NCBI GenBank assembly: GCA_018238825.1
Contig: JABCSP010000001.1
Location: forward strand, 1 to 48,444
Direction: 5' to 3'
Length of the DNA stretch: 48,444 nt
Source of the DNA: Candidatus Thorarchaeota archaeon
Lineage (GTDB): Archaea; Asgardarchaeota; Thorarchaeia; Thorarchaeales; Thorarchaeaceae
Positions 34,195 to 44,570 of the stretch are shown in pieces. Within the stretch, counting starts at the first letter, position 1. Each line of letters opens with the position of its first letter. A model generated the notes under the pieces. It worked only from the letters and a program-made list of their open reading frames with translations. It was not told where the DNA came from and searched no databases. The translations under genes and the position numbers were made by a program.

Positions 34195-34971
34195 ATGGTT
34201 CTATCAATGTTTTTCATATTTCTAGTTGGGACTGCAGGTTCCGGGAAGTCTTTGCTTACAGCATCATTAGAGAAATGGCTTGTGGGTTCAGATTTGAGCG
34301 TGACAGTTGTTAATTTAGATCCCGGAGTTGAAAGTCCACCATATACAAGTGATGTAGATATCAGAGAATATGTGGACTATGGTGAAGTGATGAGAACGTT
34401 TGGACTTGGACCCAATGGTGCACTCGTTGCTTCACTGGATATGGCTGTTGGACACGTTGATGATTTGCGAGAAGAAATCATTGAAACTGAGAGAGACTAT
34501 GTCCTTGTAGATTGTCCGGGACAAATGGAGTTGTTCGCATATCGGAACTCGGGGCCACTAATGGTGTCCGGGCTTAGAGGGGATGATCCTGCAGTATCAT
34601 TGTATCTTCTTGATTCCAATATTGCCAGGACTGCAACAGGTTATCTCTCTTCAATGCTTCTTGGTGTATCAATCAATATTCGATTTGGATTGCCTCAACA
34701 ATCTTTACTCAGCAAACCAGACATTCTTACTGAGGATGAAGTTGAAGAAATCGTTCAATGGGGAGAAGAGGTGTATCTTCTTGGAGATGCTTTAGATCAA
34801 TCTGCAGACGGGCTCGTCAGAGAGTATTCCAAATCTATTCTTGAGATGCTTGAAAATCTAGACACAGTAACTGGTACTATACCCGTTTCCGCCAAAAATA
34901 TGACAGGATTCGATATCCTCTATGGTGAATTACAGCGAGTATTTTCTGGTGGAGATAATCTGTACGAGTAG
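34195..34971 (+). CDS. GPN-loop GTPase
   Basis: 258 aa. Walker A GTAGSGKS, NLDPG, and the diagnostic GPNGA loop (FGLGPNGALV). Confidence 0.85.
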   Translation: MVLSMFFIFLVGTAGSGKSLLTASLEKWLVGSDLSVTVVNLDPGVESPPYTSDVDIREYVDYGEVMRTFGLGPNGALVASLDMAVGHVDDLREEIIETERDYVLVDCPGQMELFAYRNSGPLMVSGLRGDDPAVSLYLLDSNIARTATGYLSSMLLGVSINIRFGLPQQSLLSKPDILTEDEVEEIVQWGEEVYLLGDALDQSADGLVREYSKSILEMLENLDTVTGTIPVSAKNMTGFDILYGELQRVFSGGDNLYE

Positions 34972-36007
34972 GGATGATGGCTTGACTGCCTACTTTGCTT
35001 ATATTTCAGGGGAGAATGTTGAACTAGCCAAGGCAGAAGTAGAGGTATTATTGAATCAATATCCAGATGATAAGGAATCAATCTGGCAAGGGCGTTTAGC
35101 CAAAATAACTATGCCAGTTAATCCGACAGGTTTTCTCTTAGAGAGAGCTGCACTTGTTCAGATGGCGGGCACTATTCTGTATGAATCTGATTCAGTTGAC
35201 AAAATAACTCAAGAAATCTCTGATGATGAATGGGTCGTCAATATCACTAAACAAGATGAGTTCTCAGTCAAGACACTATGTGTGGATGTAGATAATGATT
35301 TAGGAATGAGATTGCAGATAGAGAAAGTTCTTGGTGCACATATCAAAAAAGTTACTGGTGCCAGAGTCAATCTTAGATATCCTTCAGTTCAGATTCTGGT
35401 TCTAATATTGTCTAACCGTATTTTAGTTTGTAAATCTAGTACGTCTAGGCTTCGGGCGTTATTGAGAAATAGGGAACCAGGAAAGAAAACATTCTTCCAT
35501 CCAAGTATGATGAATAGTACCTTAGCTAGAGTGATGTGTAATCTTGCAGGGGTTAGGGTTGGTGATGTTGTACTTGATCCATTCTGTGGCGGGGGCGGAA
35601 TACTATGTGAAGCCGCACATATTGGAGCTTCTGTTGTTGGGATTGATTTAAGCTGGAAATTATTAGTCGGAGCAATAAGAAATCTAAACGAGATTGGTGT
35701 AAAGTATTCAATAATTCAAGGGGATGCTCAACACCTCCCTATCAAATCTGTAAATCGTATTGTTACAGATCCGCCCTATGGGCGTGCTAGTTCTACTAGA
35801 GGTAGCAGGGCTATCAAACTTGTAGAATCGTTATTGGAAAATGTTGATTCAATTCTCGAATCAAAAGGAGAATGCCTGTGTCTTTGTGGTGACAGTGAGA
35901 TGAAATTGTCCCACAGTGTCAAGAATGCAGGTTTCACAGTTGTCCGTCAACTTAGAATGAAAGTTCATAGTGGACTGATTCGAGAAATTGTAACAGTTCA
36001 AATCTAG
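34922..36007 (+). CDS. THUMP-domain tRNA guanine-N2 methyltransferase (Trm11/Trm-G10-like)
   Basis: SAM site LDPFCGGGGILCEAAHIGASVVGIDL and catalytic TDPPYG. The ATG at 34922 overlaps the GPN gene by 50 nt. In-frame TTG at 34982 (LTAYFAYISGEN) is a plausible true start. Confidence 0.75.
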   Translation: MVNYSEYFLVEIICTSRDDGLTAYFAYISGENVELAKAEVEVLLNQYPDDKESIWQGRLAKITMPVNPTGFLLERAALVQMAGTILYESDSVDKITQEISDDEWVVNITKQDEFSVKTLCVDVDNDLGMRLQIEKVLGAHIKKVTGARVNLRYPSVQILVLILSNRILVCKSSTSRLRALLRNREPGKKTFFHPSMMNSTLARVMCNLAGVRVGDVVLDPFCGGGGILCEAAHIGASVVGIDLSWKLLVGAIRNLNEIGVKYSIIQGDAQHLPIKSVNRIVTDPPYGRASSTRGSRAIKLVESLLENVDSILESKGECLCLCGDSEMKLSHSVKNAGFTVVRQLRMKVHSGLIREIVTVQI

Positions 36008-36426
36008 GTGATTATCCGTCCATTTTTTGTACGCGGACTGAACCAATCAAGAAATTCCTCAAATTGAGATTCCGATTTGAAATCGAATTTTATTTCTATC
36101 GAGCCAAGTGGAGGATCTTCATGGGTATTATCGATTAGTCTCAATTTTCCTCTATATGCAGCCTGTTTACCAAAAAAAATGTATGTTGTAAACTCGTCAA
36201 GATTCTTTAGAAGTCGTACTCTTACAGCAGCAAGTATTCTCTTATCATGAATAGATTGTTTCAGTATTGCGAAACCGTTCTTATCAGTTTCAGTTGAATG
36301 TATTTCTGTAAATTCATCTAATTCTGTCCTTGAAAGGGTAATTGGACCAAGAATGTTCTCTATTGCCGCTTCAACTCTTTGGATATCCTCTGTAGGATGA
36401 ACTAAACATCGGATTGTAGATTTCAT
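36004..36426 (-). CDS. UPF0201-family predicted RNA-binding protein (COG1931-like)
   Basis: 140 aa. N-terminal VHPTEDIQRVEAAIENI pattern. Directly downstream of a UPF0200-type kinase gene. Confidence 0.55.
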   Translation of the reverse strand: MKSTIRCLVHPTEDIQRVEAAIENILGPITLSRTELDEFTEIHSTETDKNGFAILKQSIHDKRILAAVRVRLLKNLDEFTTYIFFGKQAAYRGKLRLIDNTHEDPPLGSIEIKFDFKSESQFEEFLDWFSPRTKNGRIIT

Positions 36427-36427
36427 T

Positions 36428-36976
36428 TCAAGTCAGCTTCTCTACAAGTTCCTTTGAGGAATTTCTTATCTTGTCAATGTTTTCTTCGTTAATCAACATG
36501 ATATCACTTAGTGCAATGACTCCGCCCAAGCCAACTGATAACTCTCTAATGTCACGTTCCCTGAAAACCTCCCAGTTTGAAGGAGCATCTTCACGGTTTC
36601 TCTCTTGTAAACGAGAAAACCGTATCTTAGGAGATGAGTGTACACAGACCACTATTACTTCTTCTGCATAATCATCAAAGACATCTATCTCAGCAATACT
36701 TCTGCAACCCTCTATCACTATGATATCGGATTCATGTTTACGAAGACTATCAAGACAACGAATAGCTATTGCGCCCAGACCATGTATCTCCCTTAGTTCG
36801 AGCATGACTTTCTTGGTATTCTCAGGGTTTTCGTCCAATCCCCGATTTCTAGTTTCTTCACGGATAACATCACCCATGATAATTAATGGAATACCAGCTT
36901 CATGGAATGCATTAGCCACCTCGCTTTTTCCAGCTCCGGGCATCCCAGTGATAATTATTATTTTCAGAATTATCAT
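36428..36976 (-). CDS. P-loop nucleotide kinase-like protein (UPF0200 / adenylate kinase-like)
   Basis: Walker A GMPGAGKS near the N-terminus (MIILKIIIITGMPGAGKSEVA). The ORF extends to 36991; I prefer the ATG at 36976. Confidence 0.6.
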   Translation of the reverse strand: MIILKIIIITGMPGAGKSEVANAFHEAGIPLIIMGDVIREETRNRGLDENPENTKKVMLELREIHGLGAIAIRCLDSLRKHESDIIVIEGCRSIAEIDVFDDYAEEVIVVCVHSSPKIRFSRLQERNREDAPSNWEVFRERDIRELSVGLGGVIALSDIMLINEENIDKIRNSSKELVEKLT

Positions 36977-36998
36977 CCACCACTCAATCACTTATTCT

Positions 36999-38129
36999 CT
37001 AAATAGTATAATTAGGGCTACTCTTAGTTTTTATCTTGTCTAATACGCCTCTAACTATTTCTGAAGTAATAGTGCTTGATTCATCAGTGATTGCAATATG
37101 AAGTGATTCTTTAAGAATACGGTCTCGCAGGTCTCTACCTGATAGACCTTTAGTCATCCTTGCAACTTCTTGTAGATTAATATCAATCTTTAGCGGTAAA
37201 CGTTTGCTGTAATATTGAAGGATACCAAGTCTTTCTTCAATGTTAGGCAGTGCAAATTCAAATACTGTATCGAAGCGATTCTTGATTGCAGGATCAATTA
37301 ATGGTAAGGCATTCGTTGCACCAATGACAACAACTCCAGACGCTTCAGCAGTTTGATCTAGCTCTCCTAGGAGTGCGGTTACAACTTCTGATACATCACC
37401 ACGAATTGATTGGAATGAACGAGACAACCCAATCGCATCAAGTTCGTCAATAAAGATGATGCTAGGTGAATTCTTTCGTGCATCGTCGAAGAGCGCACTA
37501 ATTCTCCTACCGCCATCACCAACATGAACGCCTATCAAATCAGAGGCTTTGGCGAAGAATATCTTAGCATCAGCTTGATTGGCAACCGCTTGAGCTGTCA
37601 TCGTTTTTCCAGTCCCAGGAGGACCATAGAATAGAATCGCACGAGGAGCCCATTCTCCAAATTTAGCTGGATTAAGAAGATACTCAAGTATGAGTTTGCA
37701 CTTTCGTTTTATAGGCTCATGTCCTACAACCTCATTGAGCGTAATTAGACGTGTTGACGTAGATTCTGTAACAGTTGACCGAGATTGTAAATGAATTTTA
37801 GTATCTTTTGAGATGATAGATTCTTCGGGTACAACTTCCAATACTTGGAAAGCATAGTCAGGCATGATATATCGATCAAATAGGTAGAGTCCTTGGCGTA
37901 CAATAGTTCCCATCCATTGCTCACGAGCATAGTCTGCAAAGAGCTCCTCACTATCAATCTCTAGACCTGTTGATCTTGGATCACCCTTGACTCTGAAAGG
38001 GTATCCCATGTCTCTTAGAACTATACTTTTTGTGTTAGGAACCTCAATACTTCTCATTTTTTTAGCTTTTTTCGAGCTTTCTTTAGGAGAAGTATGAATT
38101 TCTATGCTGGAATCTTTTCGTTTTGTCAA
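36999..38129 (-). CDS. AAA-family ATPase (single classical AAA module with Cdc48-N-like N-domain)
   Basis: 376 aa. Walker A GPPGTGKT, Walker B IIFIDELD, second region of homology ATNALPLIDPAIKNRFD. TTG start at 38129, or ATG at 38057. Confidence 0.8.
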   Translation of the reverse strand: MTKRKDSSIEIHTSPKESSKKAKKMRSIEVPNTKSIVLRDMGYPFRVKGDPRSTGLEIDSEELFADYAREQWMGTIVRQGLYLFDRYIMPDYAFQVLEVVPEESIISKDTKIHLQSRSTVTESTSTRLITLNEVVGHEPIKRKCKLILEYLLNPAKFGEWAPRAILFYGPPGTGKTMTAQAVANQADAKIFFAKASDLIGVHVGDGGRRISALFDDARKNSPSIIFIDELDAIGLSRSFQSIRGDVSEVVTALLGELDQTAEASGVVVIGATNALPLIDPAIKNRFDTVFEFALPNIEERLGILQYYSKRLPLKIDINLQEVARMTKGLSGRDLRDRILKESLHIAITDESSTITSEIVRGVLDKIKTKSSPNYTI

Positions 38130-38226
38130 TGTTTAGACAGCACCGAAGCATCGTCTAGTGGTAGTCCTTTAAGAGTTGTCTTAGAACCAGAACCTACATC
38201 TTACATTTTGTATTTAGTAACAAGAT

Positions 38227-38799
38227 GTGGTGGTACAAGTGAGTGAAATTGTTAGAGCATTTCTAAGCATCGATATAGAGAATCAAGCACTATTCCCGTA
38301 TATTTCTGAAACTCAAAGCAAACTAGATACTAATCTAGCCAAGATGAAGATAGTTGAAATTGAAAATATCCATTTCACGTTGAGATTCTTTGGAGATACG
38401 TCACTAACAAAAATCGATGAGATTGAATCATGTCTAAGCCAAATCGAAATAGAACCTTTTGAAATTGAGGTACATGGAGTAGGAGCATTTCCTAATAATC
38501 AAAGACCCCGAGTGATATGGATAGGTGTGACTCAGAATGCTGATTGTATATGTAACCTAAAAGCGGAGATAGATTCGCATTTGGAAGAATTGGGATATCA
38601 ACCTGAGAGAAAGAAATTCACTCCACATGCTACCATCGCAAGAGTTCGTTATATCAAAGATACCGAGAAACTCGTCAATAATCTTGATGGATTGGTAAAC
38701 GAGTCAATCGGTTCGATGACTATATCAAAATTCAATCTGAAAAAAAGTACTTTGACTCCTTCAGGCCCTATTTATGAAACACTCTGGCACATACCGTGA
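38227..38799 (+). CDS. thpR: RNA 2',3'-cyclic phosphodiesterase (2H family, LigT/ThpR)
   Basis: 190 aa. The two HxT motifs, HFTLRFFG and HATIARV. Confidence 0.8.
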   Translation: MVVQVSEIVRAFLSIDIENQALFPYISETQSKLDTNLAKMKIVEIENIHFTLRFFGDTSLTKIDEIESCLSQIEIEPFEIEVHGVGAFPNNQRPRVIWIGVTQNADCICNLKAEIDSHLEELGYQPERKKFTPHATIARVRYIKDTEKLVNNLDGLVNESIGSMTISKFNLKKSTLTPSGPIYETLWHIP

Positions 38800-38822
38800 G
38801 GTGAGTGTAAGAAAAGAATGAA

Positions 38823-38930
38823 TGGTGGGCCGGGGGAGACTTGAACTCCCGGTCTCTTGCAATCTGTGACTCGAGGCGCAAGTCCTAAGCCGCCCCAAGC
38901 AAGAATCATACCAAGCTAGACTACCGACCC
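38823..38930 (-). tRNA. tRNA-Pro (anticodon GGG) with a 31-nt intron at the canonical 37/38 position and encoded CCA
   Basis: Reverse complement GGGTCGG-TA-GTCT-AGCTTGGTA-TGAT-T-CTTGC-TTGGGG[31-nt intron, 38862-38892]T-GCAAG-AGACC-GGGAG-TTCAAGT-CTCCC-CCGGCCC-A-CCA. The BHB-like fold has 3 of 4 central pairs. Confidence 0.8.
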
Positions 38931-39081
38931 ATGCTAATGAGGCCGTTGTGTGATTCCAAGATAAACTTATTCTCATAGTCAAAGTTTGGAACACGTGTTC
39001 TAACAATAACATGAAATGCTTTCTATCCTTCAAATTTATCAGATGGTTTGATACCATTCTTAGAATTGGAGACCTGTATAG

Positions 39082-40131
39082 ATGGTAACCGATCTTGTTT
39101 ATCATAATATGTTTGAAAAACATGAGATGTCTGCAGGGCATCCAGAAGGCCCTGATAGATTGAAGAGTGCAATGAATTATGCTGAGAAAGCAGGGCTCTT
39201 TGAAGATGATCGGCTCAATATATTCACTCCAGAACCTGCAAGTTTGGATACAGTGTATGCAATTCATGATAAAATGTATCTTGAAGGAATAAGAGAGAAA
39301 TCAGAGAAGGGAGGGGGTTTCTATTCACTAGATACTGCTGTAAATAGCTATACTTTCGAAGCTGCATTATTAGCTGCAGGTGGTGGAATTGGAGCTGTGG
39401 ACAGAATAATGGCTGGAACCACTGAGAATGCATTCGTGTTGTGTCGACCTCCTGGACATCATGCAGAATTTGAACGTGCATTTGGGTTCTGTTTCATAAA
39501 CAATATTGCCGTTGCTGCAAGCCATCTCATTCGAAATCATGGACTGAGCCGTGTCATGATAATTGATTATGATGCACATCATGGAAATGGTACACAGAAT
39601 TCTTTCTATTCTTCAGACCAAGTACTATACGTAGGACTTCATCAGGATGGTAGAACCCTTTTTCCAGGATCGGGATTTCCTGATGAAATAGGAACTGGTG
39701 AAGGTAAAGGATATACTTTGAACTTAGCAATGTATCCAGGTGCTGGGGATAAATCATATGAATTAGCATTCAAAGAAGTGATAGAACCTATTGCTGAGTC
39801 GTTCAAACCAGAATTCATACTTGTGTCTGTCGGCTTCGATTCTCACTATAAAGATCCTCTAACTTCGCTGGGTCTTACTACAACGGGTTTTGCAATGATG
39901 AATAGTCGACTCAAACAGATTGCATCCAAGGAAACTTCAGGAAAATTAACTTGTTTCTTGGAGGGCGGCTACAATCTGGATGTAATGGGGATGTGTGCAC
40001 AGAATCTGCTCGAAGAATTGGGTGGTATACCAGTTTCTGGATTCAATGAAAACCATATGGAAAGCGAAAATTGTACTCAATATACTGAAGCTCTGATTGA
40101 ACAAGTAACTAAAACTTCACCATTACTTTGA
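39082..40131 (+). CDS. Histone deacetylase-family (AcuC/HDAC-like) deacetylase
   Basis: 349 aa. RPPGHHA and DYDAHHGNGTQ zinc/catalytic motifs. Confidence 0.85.
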   Translation: MVTDLVYHNMFEKHEMSAGHPEGPDRLKSAMNYAEKAGLFEDDRLNIFTPEPASLDTVYAIHDKMYLEGIREKSEKGGGFYSLDTAVNSYTFEAALLAAGGGIGAVDRIMAGTTENAFVLCRPPGHHAEFERAFGFCFINNIAVAASHLIRNHGLSRVMIIDYDAHHGNGTQNSFYSSDQVLYVGLHQDGRTLFPGSGFPDEIGTGEGKGYTLNLAMYPGAGDKSYELAFKEVIEPIAESFKPEFILVSVGFDSHYKDPLTSLGLTTTGFAMMNSRLKQIASKETSGKLTCFLEGGYNLDVMGMCAQNLLEELGGIPVSGFNENHMESENCTQYTEALIEQVTKTSPLL

Positions 40132-42363
40132 ATCGAAATCTTCAAGCAGCGTCTGTATCGAGTCATAATCATCTGTTTCATTTGTGGGTTCAATATGGGG
40201 CGTGGTTGCTTTTACCTCCACTCCAAGCTGCTTCTTTATTGATTCTGCAATTGTAGTACCTATTGTTGGGATTCTTGCTAGTTCTTCAATTGGTACGTGG
40301 TATAATTCAGTGAAACTATGTAATCCTTGATTGTGAAGCATTCTTCCACGAATTCGACCAATTCCTCTCAAACCTACAAGTTCCAAAATATCTGAGCGTA
40401 CGCCATATTTGAGTCTTGAACGGAGTCCACGCAGTGATGGGATGTGTTCAGGGTTGTTTGTTATTCGTGCGATTTCCGAAGCTGAATAAATCAACCATTC
40501 TGCAGATTGTACAAATCTATGAACATCACCCATGCCCACGTTGTAACGTTTGGTAATATCCTTCTCAGTGGTTTCAGAAATCCATTCTTGAAGTATCCTA
40601 GTCGTCTTTACTTCTCCTAAGAAGTCAGTATAGGCAGTATCCAGTTCATCGGGGGGTTCAATCATAATCTCATTGTAATGATTTTCAATGAAGACTTCAG
40701 TATCCTCTATTTCAGATCGTGATACGTAGGTCACTGGTTGATCTGGTGTATGGCAAATCATATGCAAGATACCAAAAATAGTATGAGTTTCAAATTGCGA
40801 TAATATATCACGGAACATTATTGCAGTCTGTGGATTAATATAGAGCCGAGATGTACGTATGCCTAGGGCGGTTGCAGTATACAATTCTGAAGAAGTTGTT
40901 TCGATTAGTTTTCCATCCTTCAAGAATTCTATAGCTGAAGAAACGTGATGATCGATTTTCTGTTGTTCATCTGTGCAGGCAAAGAACGTGTTTGAAATGA
41001 GTCCATCAATTTCTTTGCGATCATTCGTTAATTCTGTAGCAATTGCCGCAAGAAGATGTGACCTCAGAGCTGAAGGTGATATGAGTTTAGAGAATATATC
41101 TTCAGGATCTGATAAGATATAATGGTCGACAAGATTATCCTTTTCGTGTTCAGTTTTTGCAATAAGGACAGCTTCTCCATATTTATCATACTTGGGTCGA
41201 CCGGCTCGACCAGCCATCTGTTTGTATTCAAGAATTGGAATTGGATAACTGCCACGATTCTGTTCAAAACGTCGGTAATCGCGAATTATGACTCTTCTTG
41301 CTGGAAGATTGACTCCAGCGGCAAGTGTGGGGGTTGCTACAATTACCTTCAACAAGTTATCCTTGAAAGCGTCTTCTACAAGAGCTCGTTCGTTATTATC
41401 AAGCCCTGCATGATGAAATGCTACACCAGAGGCTACCAATCTTCCCAGTATTTTAGATATTTCAGGTGCAGAAGCTCTACTACCAATTTTTTTTGCAATT
41501 TGTACTAAATGCCTCAGTGTTTCATCTGAGAGATATTTCCGAAGAAAAGGAGCAAGTCGTTTTGCTGTAGCAATTGTTGATTTTCGGCTTGATACAAATA
41601 CAAGTACTTGACCACTCTCATCTAGTGTATCGCAGACAACATCTGCTAGTTCTTCTTTCCGAATGCGGGGTATGTGTTTTACTGACCTTTGATTTGTTTC
41701 GAGATTTTCAAAATCAATAGTACCATCAAGATATACTCCCTCACTTAGTGGCACAGGTCTCCAAGTACTCTTTACAAGTGCTGCGTCTAACCAGTCTGCA
41801 ATATCATTAGCATTAGATATCGTAGCACTCAATGCTACAATTTGAGTCCCTAACATTTGTATTAGTTTTGCAATGACCATCTCCAGTGTGGGGCCCCTTG
41901 TTGGATCATTAATGAGATGGACTTCATCTACTATAATTATACCGACATCATTAATCCAGTCAACCTTGTGCCTAACCAATGAATCAACTTTCTCTGTTGT
42001 GAGAACAACAATATCAGCTTCTCCAAGTTTTGTCCCAGGTGAATCGTAATCCCCAACTGACATTGCTACTGTAATGCCTAATGCTTCGTACTTCTTAAAA
42101 TCTGCATACTTCTCACGAGCAAGAGACTTTAGTGGAACTAGGTATAGTGCTTTGCCACGACCGTCTAGTATTGCCTTCAACATGCAAATTTCAGCAACCA
42201 ACGTCTTTCCCGAGCTAGTAGGAACTGCAAGTACAAGATTTGAACCATCCAAGACTCCCGATTCAAAGGCTTGTTCTTGAGGAGGAAATAGTTTCGTTAT
42301 TCCTAGACTCTGAAGATGACTGATTACTTTCTTATTAATAGCGAGTTCCTCTAGGCGTGTCAT
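40123..42363 (-). CDS. hel308: Hel308/Hjm Ski2-like DNA helicase
   Basis: Walker A PTSSGKT, DEVH box, ATPTLAAGVNLPA, C-terminal HhH-like region. The ORF begins at a TTG at 42405, but ATG at 42363 follows a GAGGT SD. Confidence 0.85.
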   Translation of the reverse strand: MTRLEELAINKKVISHLQSLGITKLFPPQEQAFESGVLDGSNLVLAVPTSSGKTLVAEICMLKAILDGRGKALYLVPLKSLAREKYADFKKYEALGITVAMSVGDYDSPGTKLGEADIVVLTTEKVDSLVRHKVDWINDVGIIIVDEVHLINDPTRGPTLEMVIAKLIQMLGTQIVALSATISNANDIADWLDAALVKSTWRPVPLSEGVYLDGTIDFENLETNQRSVKHIPRIRKEELADVVCDTLDESGQVLVFVSSRKSTIATAKRLAPFLRKYLSDETLRHLVQIAKKIGSRASAPEISKILGRLVASGVAFHHAGLDNNERALVEDAFKDNLLKVIVATPTLAAGVNLPARRVIIRDYRRFEQNRGSYPIPILEYKQMAGRAGRPKYDKYGEAVLIAKTEHEKDNLVDHYILSDPEDIFSKLISPSALRSHLLAAIATELTNDRKEIDGLISNTFFACTDEQQKIDHHVSSAIEFLKDGKLIETTSSELYTATALGIRTSRLYINPQTAIMFRDILSQFETHTIFGILHMICHTPDQPVTYVSRSEIEDTEVFIENHYNEIMIEPPDELDTAYTDFLGEVKTTRILQEWISETTEKDITKRYNVGMGDVHRFVQSAEWLIYSASEIARITNNPEHIPSLRGLRSRLKYGVRSDILELVGLRGIGRIRGRMLHNQGLHSFTELYHVPIEELARIPTIGTTIAESIKKQLGVEVKATTPHIEPTNETDDYDSIQTLLEDFDSK

Positions 42364-42401
42364 GTAATACCTCACAATTTTCCAGTAGCCAGAATTCAGA
42401 T

Positions 42402-44468
42402 TCAACTCTGAGAATGACGTATTTTGCCATCTCTTGGGCTATAGAGTATTCCCTCTGCAAGAAGTTTGTTGATTACTTCTTCAGCTTGTTCACGTGCAAG
42501 ACCCATAGAAACAGCTCTTTGTACTAATGCATCTTTGTTAACCGTGGAAGTTCCTTCAGACTCTATATCTCTGATTGCTTTGATAATGACATCAGAAGAA
42601 CTTCTTTGAGAAGCACTCATCTTTGAAACAAGTTTGTCAATGTCAATCTTACCTGTAACCCTATCAAGGGCCACCATTCGTAAGGAATCTTCCATTAACC
42701 TAATTGCTGCTTGAGCATCCTCTTTCGATACCTTTGATTGCAGTGCCATTCTTGCTCTAGCTTCTGAAAGACGTACAAGGGATTCCAGTTGTCGAGCAGT
42801 AATCGGGACTGCGGCTCCACCTTCTGCACTTTTCCGTAAATCAACATAGAAATTCTCAATGACTTCTGCAGCTTCTGTTGTTAGTTGAGGAAGTACATAG
42901 CGATTAGCATAAGCGATGTATTTCTTTAGGAAATCTTGTGATACTGGAGGATTCGCAGGAGGACTTTTTGCTTTCTTCATTTGATGCATATTTAGGATAA
43001 ATTGTGCAAGTTCCCGGTCCTTAGTTGCCTCAATAGTGTCCACCATAATCCAAATCAAGTCAAATCTTGATAGTATTGTAAATGGAAGTTTAATATTGTC
43101 CTGAACTGATAGTGAAGATTCGTATCTACCCAAGGTGGGATTGGCGGCAGCAAGTATTGATGTTCGTGCATTGAGTGTTGCTATGATTCCTGCTTTTGCA
43201 ATACTGACTGTATGTTGCTCCATTGCTTCATGTATTGCGGTCCGGTCTATAGGATCCATTTTGTCAAATTCATCAATACAGGCAATACCTTGGTCTGCCA
43301 GTACAAGTGCCCCAGCTTCAAGGGTCATCGCCCCAGAATCAGCATCGTGCATAACAGCTGCTGTAAGACCTGCAGCGCTGCTACCTTTTCCTGATGTGTA
43401 TAGAGCTCGAACAGCTAAACCAGAAACAAACTTCAGTATCTGACTTTTTCCTGTTCCAGGATCTCCAATCATGAGAATATTCGATTTTCCACGTAATTTT
43501 GTTCCATCAGGAAGAGTCTTACTGACACCACCAAAAAGAAGCAAGGCGATAGACTCCTTTATGTTGTCATGACCTTGAATTGAAGGTGCGATGGATGAAA
43601 CAATTCTTTCATGTACGTACGGATCCTCTGAAAGTTCCTTGATTTTCTTCTCATCCTCTTCAGAAAGCTCAACCTGTTCATGTTCTTTTTCAGTGACTTC
43701 AACACCGATAGCCTCAATGAATATATTGAATGTAGCCAATCTTCCTCCTCTTCTGGAAAAATCAGGTGTTGTCTGAAGAATTCCTGTAATTTTAACTAAA
43801 TCGCCAGGACGAGAAAGATCTACTATGTCTCCCTCAAAAATGACATCAATAGAACGAGGCATTTGGCCAGGAGGTAGCTCATCAGGAGATTCTTGGATTC
43901 TGACTTTCTGCCAGTCTCGAAATTGGGATTCTTGAGCGAGGAGTCTCATTGGAGTCTTCTTATCACATAGTGGGCATCTTACTGGTTCAGTATACCTACC
44001 ATCTTCCTGTGTTTGTGGGATTTTTTCATCACAGATTCTACATTGAAACATTGCTTGAACTAGAAGAGGTTTTACTTCACTAGCTCGCATCATAATACCA
44101 CTAACACGTACTAGTTTTCCAATGTGTTTGGATCGGATTGCACGTAATGGAACATGCTCTGAGTAGTTGGTAATTCTGGCTTTGAGTGACGTGGTATCAA
44201 TACTGCTAACATAGTCAGGATCTTCAACCCGTAAAACGGCTACAAGAGCATTATTGACGATTTCAATGAATTTTGATGGGTCTTCTGCAGCAAGCGCCAT
44301 GAAGACGTTATCAAAGCTAATTAGGTCTTGGAAATCGATGGGTAGTGATAGTTCATCATTAATTGACATCTGTTGAACCTTAGTCCAGTAGATTAGAGAC
44401 CCTTGGTCATCCTTGTATGTTCTAAGAAACTCTTCGAAGCGTTCTTGAGATTCATCGTAACTGGACAT
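42402..44468 (-). CDS. mcm: MCM replicative helicase
   Basis: 688 aa. Zinc finger CRICDEK...CPLCDKK, Walker A GDPGTGKSQ, Walker B CIDEFDKM, arginine finger SRFDL, C-terminal winged helix. No intein-sized insertion. Confidence 0.95.
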   Translation of the reverse strand: MSSYDESQERFEEFLRTYKDDQGSLIYWTKVQQMSINDELSLPIDFQDLISFDNVFMALAAEDPSKFIEIVNNALVAVLRVEDPDYVSSIDTTSLKARITNYSEHVPLRAIRSKHIGKLVRVSGIMMRASEVKPLLVQAMFQCRICDEKIPQTQEDGRYTEPVRCPLCDKKTPMRLLAQESQFRDWQKVRIQESPDELPPGQMPRSIDVIFEGDIVDLSRPGDLVKITGILQTTPDFSRRGGRLATFNIFIEAIGVEVTEKEHEQVELSEEDEKKIKELSEDPYVHERIVSSIAPSIQGHDNIKESIALLLFGGVSKTLPDGTKLRGKSNILMIGDPGTGKSQILKFVSGLAVRALYTSGKGSSAAGLTAAVMHDADSGAMTLEAGALVLADQGIACIDEFDKMDPIDRTAIHEAMEQHTVSIAKAGIIATLNARTSILAAANPTLGRYESSLSVQDNIKLPFTILSRFDLIWIMVDTIEATKDRELAQFILNMHQMKKAKSPPANPPVSQDFLKKYIAYANRYVLPQLTTEAAEVIENFYVDLRKSAEGGAAVPITARQLESLVRLSEARARMALQSKVSKEDAQAAIRLMEDSLRMVALDRVTGKIDIDKLVSKMSASQRSSSDVIIKAIRDIESEGTSTVNKDALVQRAVSMGLAREQAEEVINKLLAEGILYSPRDGKIRHSQS

Positions 44469-44570
44469 TTTTTTTCTCCTCGAATTTTAGTTGGGAACAA
44501 TCGGATAATTGTATTTATTCTGACTACTAGTTCTTCAGGTTTTCTATTTAAGGACCCTAATACTCATAGC

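Noticed and set aside
38761-39267. 168-aa minus-strand ORF in the track
   Set aside because: It runs straight through the tRNA-Pro gene (38823-38930) and overlaps the start of the HDAC-family gene. Its composition (Cys/His/Trp/Phe-rich) is unlike the other proteins here. I treat it as spurious.
41122-41508. 128-aa plus-strand ORF inside hel308 (similar antisense ORFs lie inside mcm, herA, nurA and pyrG)
   Set aside because: These are antisense to confidently assigned genes and have odd composition. Such shadow ORFs are typical in AT-rich coding DNA.
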